Source: a virus (Duplodnaviria > Caudoviricetes). Taken from it: a stretch of DNA of 64,000 nucleotides. Below, in pieces: positions 55,555 to 64,000 of this stretch; position 1 is the stretch's first letter; each line of letters opens with the position of its first letter. The notes under the pieces were generated by a model that was not told the origin of the DNA, ran no database searches, and saw only the letters and a list, made by a program, of their open reading frames with translations. The position numbers were made by a program, and so were the translations under genes. Location of the stretch: IMG/VR virus record IMGVR_UViG_3300048881_000780. One strand, written 5' to 3'.

Positions 55555-56277
55555 ATGAATAATAATAACGGCGCTGGCCTGATAAAGAAATTCATCCCCC
55601 TAATCCCTGGTAGTATTAAAGTCGTGGGACTCTTCTTAGTCTTAAAGATTTCATGTCATATATTAGGACTTCAGAACATACCAGATTGGGTTTTTGGACT
55701 ATTTTCTCTTCCGGCCCTCTTAATGGGAAAGAGTGCCTACTTTGCTACATTCTTTGCAATGTCTACAAATAATGCATTTAAAATGTACTTAGAGGGTGAG
55801 AAGAATTATGATCTCATCGTTGCTGGACTAACTTTAGCAGTTTCTTTCTACGTCATAGGATTCTTAATTAATCCCATGAAGTCTCTACTATTTAGACTTA
55901 ATCCCTTTTCATATCTCTTTAAAAGAAGAAGATATAAAAAAGGTCAGGAAGTTTCTTATCATGTGGATCACATATTTCCTCGAAGTTTATTTCCGCACTT
56001 ATGCTTAGAACCAAGGAACCTACAAATTCTTTGTAATTTTTGTAATATAAAAAAGTCAAATCACACATTCATTGACTATAGGGGTGACCAGAAAAGATAC
56101 GTCAATCAGCCAGTTGCGATTAATTTAAGTAATCATCCAACTGGACAAAAGGGAATGGCCCTTGCAGAAATTGGCGTTCGAGACGACTTCTACTCTAGTT
56201 CTCTTTGGAGAAAGCAGAGAAAGAAGGCCCTCGATAAGTATGGTAAGAAATGTATGAATAAGTCATGTCCTCACTGA
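55555..56277 (+). CDS. Membrane-anchored HNH endonuclease with permuted domain order
   Basis: About three N-terminal TMs; HVDHIFPRS...NLQILCNFCNIKK; C-terminal FYSSSLWR...KCMNKSC. Confidence 0.8.
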   Translation: MNNNNGAGLIKKFIPLIPGSIKVVGLFLVLKISCHILGLQNIPDWVFGLFSLPALLMGKSAYFATFFAMSTNNAFKMYLEGEKNYDLIVAGLTLAVSFYVIGFLINPMKSLLFRLNPFSYLFKRRRYKKGQEVSYHVDHIFPRSLFPHLCLEPRNLQILCNFCNIKKSNHTFIDYRGDQKRYVNQPVAINLSNHPTGQKGMALAEIGVRDDFYSSSLWRKQRKKALDKYGKKCMNKSCPH

Positions 56278-56304
56278 AGAGAGACAGAATTTTAAACAAG
56301 GTGT

Positions 56305-56724
56305 GTGTGTATGTGTACGGCTACGTCAATGAAAAGTTATCTGGAAGATAACTGGTCTAAAGTTCCTTATCCAAAATTAGTAAAAACTGTAAAGTCTGCG
56401 CTTAAGAGAGAGAAAAACTTGAGACGAAATACTCGAGTATGGAGAGAGATCCTCTCTTTATTTGAACCAGGTGAATTCATTAGCTCAAAAGCTGAAAGGG
56501 AGTTTTATGACTCACTAGATGAATCTTTTATGGCATTTCGAGGTGATTCTAGAAAGTGTGATACTCCTAGAAAGGTTCTTTGGCAACAGGATGAATCTGA
56601 GGCGAAAGCAAGAAATTGTGACGTTAAAGATGGTACAACTTTTACAGTCTTTTATAGAAAGATTTTTAAAGAAAAAATTCTTGGCGTGTTTCCAGATAGT
56701 GGAGAAATTATCTATATAGACTAA
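56305..56724 (+). CDS. Hypothetical protein (start uncertain), weak ADP-ribosyltransferase-like pattern
   Basis: FRG...W...A...I.K..IL..F....EII pattern. Confidence 0.55.
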   Translation: MCMCTATSMKSYLEDNWSKVPYPKLVKTVKSALKREKNLRRNTRVWREILSLFEPGEFISSKAEREFYDSLDESFMAFRGDSRKCDTPRKVLWQQDESEAKARNCDVKDGTTFTVFYRKIFKEKILGVFPDSGEIIYID

Positions 56725-56726
56725 TT

Positions 56727-56936
56727 CTAATCAGGTCTTCTAATCTGGTTGATATCATAATTAGTTTCAGTAAAGTAATCGTTACCGTTTCTATATTTTG
56801 GTGTCCCTTCACAGAAAACCTTTTTTGTCTCAGGGTCTTGAGCACAAATTTTACCAGTCTTAGAATATCCTCTAAATTCACTACTGGCACAAGATGTCAG
56901 TAGTGTTAACAGAACTAATATATTTAGATAATACAT
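56727..56936 (-). CDS. Small lipoprotein at the end of the T4SS operon
   Basis: Lipobox LTSC, 69 aa, TAATG coupling to the upstream gene. Confidence 0.7.
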   Translation of the reverse strand: MYYLNILVLLTLLTSCASSEFRGYSKTGKICAQDPETKKVFCEGTPKYRNGNDYFTETNYDINQIRRPD

Positions 56937-57676
56937 TACTTTTCCTCTTTCACTCTAAGATCATCAACTTTTTGATTAACATCTTTTTTCTCTTGAACTT
57001 GAACCTTAGTATCGTAGAGTTCATCACTTACAAGCAAGCTCATCACTTCATTTGCAACCTTAGCAAGCTCTTCTTTTGTCATTTCCTTAGAGGCATTAAG
57101 TTTTGACTCTTTGACCATTTTTTGAACAGTAGATTCCAATTCTTTTTTAAACTTATCAAAATCAGACTTTTTAACGATAGTCTTCATTCTTCTCTTTACG
57201 TAAGAGCGCATCTTTTTAGCGACTTCCTTTCTCTCATCTTTATCTCTATCAATTGAGGCCATAATCTCTTGCTTCACTCTCATGAAGATCTCGTTATTTC
57301 CACTCATAATTTGTTTTTCAACTTCCTTGGCCATCAGATCTTTAAACACCACTTGCTCTTGGTACATCTGTCCCTGAAGCTGAACAATTGCCTCTGAAGA
57401 CTCTTTAATAAAAGATGCTAACATCTTTTCCATCTCCTCTTCTCTATCGTGAGCGTTCTTATTTGAAAGATAATCTAGTCCCTCATATAATCCTGCGATT
57501 GCACAAACACCAGCAGAAGCAATAGCTTTATTTTTAGTCTCTTCAATTGTCATAAACACGGTCGCACTACCAACGGCACAAACGGCTCCCCATTTTGTCC
57601 ACTTAGATTCGTACCACTCTTTAGCAACTAAAGACTGTGATAAAACTAAAGTCAAAATCAATATAATATTTTTCAT
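56936..57676 (-). CDS. Exported protein with glycine-zipper-like hairpin and long coiled coil
   Basis: Signal peptide; GAVCAVG...AGVCAIAG; AGGAG RBS. Confidence 0.75.
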   Translation of the reverse strand: MKNIILILTLVLSQSLVAKEWYESKWTKWGAVCAVGSATVFMTIEETKNKAIASAGVCAIAGLYEGLDYLSNKNAHDREEEMEKMLASFIKESSEAIVQLQGQMYQEQVVFKDLMAKEVEKQIMSGNNEIFMRVKQEIMASIDRDKDERKEVAKKMRSYVKRRMKTIVKKSDFDKFKKELESTVQKMVKESKLNASKEMTKEELAKVANEVMSLLVSDELYDTKVQVQEKKDVNQKVDDLRVKEEK

Positions 57677-57685
57677 AGCTAACTC

Positions 57686-58264
57686 CTACTTAATATTCTT
57701 TCCATACAAGAAACGACACAGACTCATATTGGCCTTAACTCTTTTTCTTGTTTCTGATTCATATTTTTTGTCACACTTATAATCTTTCTTTATTTGATTA
57801 ATTTCTTTTAAATAATCATTTCTCTTGTTAACATCTTCATTGGCAAAATCGGCCATCAATCGCCTGAGAACTTCTCCCACTTTTTCAGCACACTTCATTT
57901 TCTCACTATGAATATTTAAATACTCACCATCTACTTCACAAGCTAAACTCGTATTACTATAGTGAACACGTACTTTTACTCCATCAAAATCCACAAAAAA
58001 GTAATACATTAAATCTTCGTCAAAATCAGGATTCAACTCCTTCATCTCCTTAACAAACTCTGTATATTTCTTACGTGAAATTTCATCGACCATTCTATTT
58101 TCTTTATAGTGCTCCATCATTGAGTTCTTAGAAACTCTATCAAATTTCATTATCTTATAATCAGAAAGAACTTTATCAATAGCCGACTCCAATCTTGTCC
58201 TTGGTGGTTGCATTGCTAGAATATTAATTGATAATACAAATATTAGAAAAATCTTAGTTGCCAC
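57686..58264 (-). CDS. Secreted hypothetical protein
   Basis: Start reassigned to GTG 58264 (AAGGGAG RBS), which exposes signal peptide MATKIFLIFVLSINILA. Confidence 0.7.
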   Translation of the reverse strand: MATKIFLIFVLSINILAMQPPRTRLESAIDKVLSDYKIMKFDRVSKNSMMEHYKENRMVDEISRKKYTEFVKEMKELNPDFDEDLMYYFFVDFDGVKVRVHYSNTSLACEVDGEYLNIHSEKMKCAEKVGEVLRRLMADFANEDVNKRNDYLKEINQIKKDYKCDKKYESETRKRVKANMSLCRFLYGKNIK

Positions 58265-58706
58265 GAAGAAAACTCCCTTGTTCTGTTCTACCTTCCAGAT
58301 AGAATTCATAACTTCCCTCTTCAATAGACCCGTCACTTCTTCTTGTACCTGGTACATAAACGGGTCTAACCTTTACTGGGTAATCATCTGGAACATCACT
58401 AGACATTGACATTACCATTTCGTTAATTATCTTTTCCTTTTCCTTGAAAATCTTCTTTTCTTTATTACCGTATTTTTCATCGTAGTGATCAAAGATAAAG
58501 TACCCTGCACCTCCTAGAGCAACACCTACAAGTAAGCTTGTTTTGATATCTTGGCCAGATAAGTACATAGCACTGGTACCACCAACGAATCCAACAGTTG
58601 TCTCGAGCATAGGACCTTGAACCCATCTATCAAGTAGAGTTCTCTCGCTTGCTAAAGAAGAAAACGTAATTAAGAATGCTGTAAGTAATACTAAAATAGT
58701 TTTCAT
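58254..58706 (-). CDS. Exported glycine-zipper-like protein, C-terminus weakly TraV-like
   Basis: Signal peptide; VGFVGG...VGVALGGAG; VYVPG....DG.IEEGSY. Confidence 0.7.
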   Translation of the reverse strand: MKTILVLLTAFLITFSSLASERTLLDRWVQGPMLETTVGFVGGTSAMYLSGQDIKTSLLVGVALGGAGYFIFDHYDEKYGNKEKKIFKEKEKIINEMVMSMSSDVPDDYPVKVRPVYVPGTRRSDGSIEEGSYEFYLEGRTEQGSFLRGN

Positions 58707-58714
58707 CTCTTATC

Positions 58715-59137
58715 CTATAGATCATTTCCAGAGTAATTAAATTTATACCTAGTCTTTCCACCTCTAAGTACACCATTAGTCTCTTGGATAGTTCCTCTAA
58801 TGACTTCAATATTTACTGGTGCCTTGCCATTTTTCATGTACTGGGCCTGCAATTCTTTTAATGCTTCTATTTGCGCCGTTTGTTCACGATGCTTGGCTTC
58901 ATAATTATAACCAATTCTATTCTTATACATTTTATTAACTAAATAACCTGTGATCGTTCCTGCCAGACAACCTGTTCCAAGTCCCATCATCTTGTCATCT
59001 TCCGAACTTAGATAGTACATGGTTCCACCAACAGCAACACATCCAATAAGAGGTTCAGAAAACTCAATTTCACTTAACCAATTGGCATAGATGCTTTGGT
59101 TTATTAGTAGTAAAAGTATTAATAATAATTTCTTCAT
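58715..59137 (-). CDS. Exported glycine-zipper-like protein
   Basis: Signal peptide; IGCVAVGG...GTGCLAGTITG. Confidence 0.7.
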   Translation of the reverse strand: MKKLLLILLLLINQSIYANWLSEIEFSEPLIGCVAVGGTMYYLSSEDDKMMGLGTGCLAGTITGYLVNKMYKNRIGYNYEAKHREQTAQIEALKELQAQYMKNGKAPVNIEVIRGTIQETNGVLRGGKTRYKFNYSGNDL

Positions 59138-59145
59138 AACTAATC

Positions 59146-59898
59146 CTAAAATACCAAGAGTGGATTTCTATGCATATTTGTATAGTAATCTTCAATATAT
59201 TTAGATGTAATGGCCTCTTTTTTAAATGAAATTACATAAAGTCCATTTTTGTTTCTATGCGCTTTACCATCAGCAGTCCTAAGAGGAAAACCTTGTCCCA
59301 CAAGGAGGCTAATTCTAACCGCACCAGCAGTTCTATCAAAAACCTCATCTCTCTTTTTCTTGCTTCGATCAAATAACTGAATTCTCTCTCCAATAATGGA
59401 TACATAGAAATTTCCATTTGGAGTTTTTCTAATATCTTCAATGGCGGCAATTCCAAAATACCAAGAACAAGCACATCTCTCGAGCTCCTCTGCTCTCTTT
59501 CCAGAGAACGCGAACTCTTCTTCAACCTTTAATCTCTCTGGACCAATTGAATAGAATATGGCCTTCTTAAGAGAGTGGTTGATTCCATCAAGCTTATATC
59601 GATTTCCATTAATATCTTCAGAGAAATTAATAAGACTCTCATTCATTCTTAGTTGAGTATACTTAAGAGAGAATTGATACAGATTTGCTAAATCATTTTG
59701 CATAGATGTACTCTGCATTCCCATGACCATAGGAAATGTATAAAAATTCTTCGAAGGATCAAGAACAACTGTCTCTTCTCTCGACTTCCAAATTAGTACA
59801 CTTAAGCTTAGAAATATTAAGCAAAGAATAGATACAAACCCTAGAGACAGAGCGATCTTTTCATATTTTGAAATTTTGTTTATATCAATTATCTTCAT
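59146..59898 (-). CDS. Bitopic membrane protein, possible VirB8/TraE-like T4SS subunit
   Basis: Single N-terminal TM, helix-then-strand periplasmic domain ending N..GLYVISF as in VirB8-family proteins; T4SS context. Confidence 0.55.
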   Translation of the reverse strand: MKIIDINKISKYEKIALSLGFVSILCLIFLSLSVLIWKSREETVVLDPSKNFYTFPMVMGMQSTSMQNDLANLYQFSLKYTQLRMNESLINFSEDINGNRYKLDGINHSLKKAIFYSIGPERLKVEEEFAFSGKRAEELERCACSWYFGIAAIEDIRKTPNGNFYVSIIGERIQLFDRSKKKRDEVFDRTAGAVRISLLVGQGFPLRTADGKAHRNKNGLYVISFKKEAITSKYIEDYYTNMHRNPLLVF

Positions 59899-59912
59899 GA
59901 ATCTATTATAAA

Positions 59913-60815
59913 TTATTTATCAGTGGTTCTGATGCGATTTAACAATTGTCGATACTCATTATCTATGGCCTTAAAGCTTGCGAGATCTCCTTTTCCAGAG
60001 AATTCTTTTTGAATATCTTTTTTAGTAATATCAAATACATAGCGAAGGATTACATAGCGATAACACTCCGGAGAAATATCATCCATGTAGTCATTTAAAA
60101 TATGGATTAGTTTGGTATCTTTAACTACCTTAGTAAAATCAATCTCTTCACCTCTTGATATCTCCAGGTGATTCAATTCTAATTTATCCATCAACTCCTT
60201 AAAAGAAGTGAGATAATCCCTCTCAATGCCTCCTGCTGAGTTAACTAGTTGATGAATGGAATTAACTTTATCAATAGCATCGATATAATCTCGATATAAA
60301 GATTTCTCATCTTCAGTTAATTCTTCATTGATTTTTATCTTATCGAAAACTTTATTTTCTTTTAGCTTTTTTTGAATAATTAAAATTTGGCGCTCTAAAT
60401 TTCCCTTGTTAGTTGTAATATAGCGAGATCTCTTTTCATCAAGGATATGATTGGCCAGAAGTTTTTGAGCAAAACCTGTAAAGAAGTCATCATATGAAAT
60501 ACTCTCGACCTTATATAAGGACTTATCAAATTTATCTAATACTTTATTAAATAACTCCCATGCGTAGCCCAAGTGAGGGCCTTCAAACTGTCCTTTAGTT
60601 AAATCCCAGTTATTTTCATATGGAGCACTCTTACAGATCAATCGATTGGCATCTGAACTCATTTTAAAGCAAAATCTTTTAAAGAAAAAAGAAAAGTGCT
60701 TATTAAAAAAATGGTCCCTCTCTTTTTTATTAAGAGGACTTTTAGGAGGTGTCGCAGTCTTATATATTTTTGGACTGTGATCTTTTCCCTCTTTAATTGA
60801 AAACAAGTCTTCCAT
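59913..60815 (-). CDS. Divergent sigma-70-family RNA polymerase sigma factor (FliA/WhiG-like)
   Basis: Region 2-like KVLDKFD...FTGFA...HILDEKRS; region 4-like ISPECYRYVILRYVFDITKKDI. Confidence 0.6.
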   Translation of the reverse strand: MEDLFSIKEGKDHSPKIYKTATPPKSPLNKKERDHFFNKHFSFFFKRFCFKMSSDANRLICKSAPYENNWDLTKGQFEGPHLGYAWELFNKVLDKFDKSLYKVESISYDDFFTGFAQKLLANHILDEKRSRYITTNKGNLERQILIIQKKLKENKVFDKIKINEELTEDEKSLYRDYIDAIDKVNSIHQLVNSAGGIERDYLTSFKELMDKLELNHLEISRGEEIDFTKVVKDTKLIHILNDYMDDISPECYRYVILRYVFDITKKDIQKEFSGKGDLASFKAIDNEYRQLLNRIRTTDK

Positions 60816-60822
60816 AATGATC

Positions 60823-63171
60823 CTAGTTTGAATAAATCACAATCATCTTTTTCTTATTTGCATAGAACACTTCAGAAGAAGAACCAATATCTTTAACTAG
60901 AAAATCTGAAACCGTCTGAGTTGTCGCTTGCCCAGCAGATACAAGTCCACCAGTAATCTCATTGGCAACTGTATCCTCTCCATTTTCATCACTTGGAGCA
61001 AGAACACCAATTGATTTAATTAAAGTTTGTACAATCTCTGAAGCGAAGACCTCTCCAATCTTAGATAATCTATTACCCCAAGCTTGACCTCTTAGTTCTC
61101 CAGTAAAGTTAACTGTATGAGTCTTTCCGCCTATTCTTAGAGTATTAAAATTAATAGTAGCTACTTTAGTATCTAGAGAGAAACTTCCTGTTTTACCAAT
61201 TAAAATACTCCCCTCAGGGATAACGATTTCACCCGTAGTTGGATGACGTATATCACGAGTGATTAAGGCCTGAGATCTCTTGGCCTTTACATTATCTGAG
61301 ATATATGTCTCCGTAACCATAACCGCCTGAAGTTCTTCACCTGGTGGAAGTATAGATTTCTTTCTAGGATCTTTAGAGTATACTGACAGTTTTGACAGAT
61401 CACCTCTAAGTTCTCCGTCTTTGTTAATAGAAGAAGGGTCTACACTAGCAAACTCATCTCTAATAGAGTTATTGTCACCATCTATATCGTCATTAAGTAA
61501 GTCTTTTAACTCATTAGTACTCATATCATTTAAAGTTTTACCATAAACAACCTTTTGAGCTCTCTCGTTAAATCCTTTATCTTTTTGAATCTTATTAATT
61601 AATTTCTTTTTAAGTAAATTACCTGAACTACTTAAAGATTTTTTATTTCTAATGAAGTATCTATTCTTAATTAGATCCTTGTTAATTAAAATGTCATCGC
61701 ATTTAACAAGTTTAATATCACTATCGCTTAAGGCGTCACCGTAAACCTTAGAAATAGATTTTTGAGAAGAATATAAATCCTTCTTAATCTTCTTAGCGTC
61801 AATTGAAAAATCTCTCTCTAGCTTCTTAAGTAATAATGCCTTCGACCTAATTTTTTCTCTAATGGCCTCACAAGTTTTGTGAAGTTTGAATTCATTTGGA
61901 GATAGAACATCTCCGGCCTTAAGTTTATCTATAATCTTTTCATATTTCTCACCAGAGCAGTTTTCCTTTAAAAACTGTCTGAGCTTTTGGATATCCGAAA
62001 AGTTATCTAGTAAATTATCTGCTAGATCTACAATATTAGAATCTTTATTACTTGCAAATAATGTTGAACCAAATAAGTCCTTGGCCCTATCTTTAAGATC
62101 TCCATCTAGAGAGTCAAATAGTCCCGCCAAAAGTCCAGAGTCTCTAAGTTTCTTAAGAAGAGCATCCCTTTGTTTTTCAGATAGATTATCTAATAAACCT
62201 TGATCAAATAACTCCTTCATCGCATCTTCATCAATTGAACCGGAATCTATACCCTGATTAATTAAATCTAATAAATTATTCTTATCTAAATCCTTTAAAT
62301 TATCAGAAATATCTTTAATACTTTGTGGACTTAGAGTATTTCCTGAGTTTAAAAATTCAGAAAGTGCTTTTGAAACCTCATCATTATCTAATTTTTTAAG
62401 CGCGTCTCCAATTAGAGGAATAGGTAGTCCATCAGGTCTCTCTCCCTCTCCTTTTAACCAAGAAAGTAAATCGTCCTTTTGTTTCTCGTCAAGGGCCATG
62501 ATCTCAGCAAGATTTCCGATTCTCTCACCATCTAGTAGCTTATTGGCCAAATACTCCTCTAAGCTTCCTTCTTTAATATCACCGCTGGCAACCTTTTTGA
62601 GTAAATCGATCTCCGCGTCGGATAGACCAAGCTCTTTGGCCTTTTTTAACATTTCAATTGCTTTTAATTGAGAATCCGATAAACCACCAGGGTTTTCATC
62701 TAGACATTGTTTATAAGTTTGCTCTTCTTCTTTGGTTAACTCTTTACCGGAAATTACTTTATCAAATAAATCCTGACAAATATCTGGATCTATATCTAAA
62801 TCGTTAGTCGCTGCAATTTGATTATTTTGTGATCTACGATTTAATTCATCTTTGATTTTTTTAATTTGTTCTTTTTGTCGCTTTACTAAATCAGTATCAG
62901 TATCCAGCTTATCTTGCTCTCTTTCTGTGTCATTAAATTCTTTCTTAGTCGCATCAAATGTATTGATATCATCTTTCGTTGTAACTAAAGACATAATCAA
63001 TACGGCCAGAATCCCACTCACAACCAGCGTGATACCAATAGGTTTCATTTTAGAAGGAGTAAACATCTTTCCATTTGAAACTTCGTCTCTTTTATCTAAT
63101 GTTTTATTTTTTTTCTTATCGACTCTATCTTTTATCCAAAGATAAGCGTCTCTTATTTTATTTTTAATCAT
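60823..63171 (-). CDS. VirB10/TrbI/TraB-like T4SS core protein
   Basis: N-terminal TM, long helical linker, C-terminal LPPGEELQAVM.TE...SD...A.ITRDI....G.IVIPEGSILIG beta-barrel signature. Confidence 0.75.
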   Translation of the reverse strand: MIKNKIRDAYLWIKDRVDKKKNKTLDKRDEVSNGKMFTPSKMKPIGITLVVSGILAVLIMSLVTTKDDINTFDATKKEFNDTEREQDKLDTDTDLVKRQKEQIKKIKDELNRRSQNNQIAATNDLDIDPDICQDLFDKVISGKELTKEEEQTYKQCLDENPGGLSDSQLKAIEMLKKAKELGLSDAEIDLLKKVASGDIKEGSLEEYLANKLLDGERIGNLAEIMALDEKQKDDLLSWLKGEGERPDGLPIPLIGDALKKLDNDEVSKALSEFLNSGNTLSPQSIKDISDNLKDLDKNNLLDLINQGIDSGSIDEDAMKELFDQGLLDNLSEKQRDALLKKLRDSGLLAGLFDSLDGDLKDRAKDLFGSTLFASNKDSNIVDLADNLLDNFSDIQKLRQFLKENCSGEKYEKIIDKLKAGDVLSPNEFKLHKTCEAIREKIRSKALLLKKLERDFSIDAKKIKKDLYSSQKSISKVYGDALSDSDIKLVKCDDILINKDLIKNRYFIRNKKSLSSSGNLLKKKLINKIQKDKGFNERAQKVVYGKTLNDMSTNELKDLLNDDIDGDNNSIRDEFASVDPSSINKDGELRGDLSKLSVYSKDPRKKSILPPGEELQAVMVTETYISDNVKAKRSQALITRDIRHPTTGEIVIPEGSILIGKTGSFSLDTKVATINFNTLRIGGKTHTVNFTGELRGQAWGNRLSKIGEVFASEIVQTLIKSIGVLAPSDENGEDTVANEITGGLVSAGQATTQTVSDFLVKDIGSSSEVFYANKKKMIVIYSN

Positions 63172-64000
63172 CTATAACTCCACGCCCATCTTCTTAAATT
63201 TCTTGTAACCCTCTCTAAGATTAATCAAAGTCTTTGAGTAACTCTTATGGTCATGATCAATCATATATAAATAAAAGAATCCTCTCTCTTTTATATATTT
63301 CTTTGAGACAAATAATTTAAAGTCCATGGCCCAAGTTGGCATACCTTTTTGTTTAGTTTCGTATTGAGTAACATAAGGAAGAACTCTGTACTGAATTGGC
63401 AATAAATTAAACTCGAGGGAATCAAATGCTTTAAACTCAATCTTTTTTAGATTTTTAATTTTGACATGCTCAGGATTAATATTTACAGAAATAGAAAGAG
63501 AGATGAAATCTTCTTCACTACTTGCGGCTAAAGCATCATAGTTGACTTGATAATACTCGCCCGTTCTTTCGTAGTTATAGGTATTTTCAATAATAAAATT
63601 TCTTGGGTGAAGCATTACTGAATTCTTACTATTGGTTACCTTCTTTCCAATTTCAGCTGAAATAGGATAATCATCAGCACCTCTACAGTCAGTACCAATG
63701 ATCTCAAAGTTATAAGAGTCTCTCGTGGCATTATCTAACTCTACTCTAATTCCAGATAGAACTTTAATTCGTTTCTTTGATAATTTAACAGGTTCCTTTA
63801 GCTGGACTTTTACGGCCCTTTTAGACTTCGTCATGCTAACATCAATAAGGTCATTATATTTACTTACATCGTGGACATCCTCAATAAATGTCTCATCAAA
63901 TTCAATTGTTAAATACCTATTAAAACAAACAAAAACTTCCGCAGTATCTCCAGGGCCCATTAATTCTTTTACAATTCTTGGGTCGTTTCTTCTTACAGAA
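63172..64000 (-). CDS. Probable VirB9/TraK-like T4SS protein (5' end outside the window)
   Basis: Frame stays open to 64000; beta-rich; abuts the VirB10-like gene; functional call is mainly positional. Confidence 0.5.
   Translation of the reverse strand, partial: SVRRNDPRIVKELMGPGDTAEVFVCFNRYLTIEFDETFIEDVHDVSKYNDLIDVSMTKSKRAVKVQLKEPVKLSKKRIKVLSGIRVELDNATRDSYNFEIIGTDCRGADDYPISAEIGKKVTNSKNSVMLHPRNFIIENTYNYERTGEYYQVNYDALAASSEEDFISLSISVNINPEHVKIKNLKKIEFKAFDSLEFNLLPIQYRVLPYVTQYETKQKGMPTWAMDFKLFVSKKYIKERGFFYLYMIDHDHKSYSKTLINLREGYKKFKKMGVEL

Noticed and set aside
58265-58357. Long N-terminus of ORF 57686..58357
   Set aside because: It overlaps the upstream gene by about 100 bp; GTG at 58264 has an RBS and gives a clean signal peptide
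457-63145. Short opposite-strand or out-of-frame ORFs in the track (for example 457, 2222, 8987, 13195, 15861, 16997, 19472, 23559, 25692, 35016, 51699, 61886, 62852)
   Set aside because: They lie within longer motif-bearing genes and look like shadow frames
1-64000. Prophage or jumbo-phage virion module; alternative genetic code
   Set aside because: No capsid, portal, terminase or tail motifs recognised; long ORFs are intact and tightly packed under the standard bacterial code

Overview
An AT-rich (roughly 30% GC by eye), densely coding 64-kb segment that reads as part of a large mobile replicon (conjugative megaplasmid or phage-plasmid-like element), not ordinary chromosome. It encodes its own divergent DNA-metabolism kit: a two-subunit T4-like type IIA topoisomerase, Dam-type methylase, nuclease-SNF2 fusion, dUTPase, a 1823-aa DnaE, DnaB-like helicase, primase, UvsW-like helicase, RecA, DEDDh exonuclease and MutS. 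It also carries host-modulating factors (ClpA-like ATPase, atypical DksA, a divergent sigma-70-family factor), several very large Ig-rich or carbohydrate-active lipoproteins, a tandem array of membrane paralogues, and part of a type IV secretion operon (VirB10-like, with probable VirB9- and VirB8-like neighbours) running off the right edge. No capsid, tail, terminase or integrase gene is recognisable here. The most striking non-coding signal is a palindrome, TAACAC-N3-GTGTTA, found about 14 times in the intergenic gaps examined; it often overlaps extended -10 promoters of the replication and repair genes and looks like an element-wide regulon. Other signals: a 4x16-bp palindromic array, an orphan tmRNA 3' end (att-like), six candidate leaderless genes and a circularly permuted membrane-anchored HNH nuclease. 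A Bdellovibrionota-like host is a weak inference from the lipoprotein style only. All protein calls rest on motifs read by eye; no database search was run.
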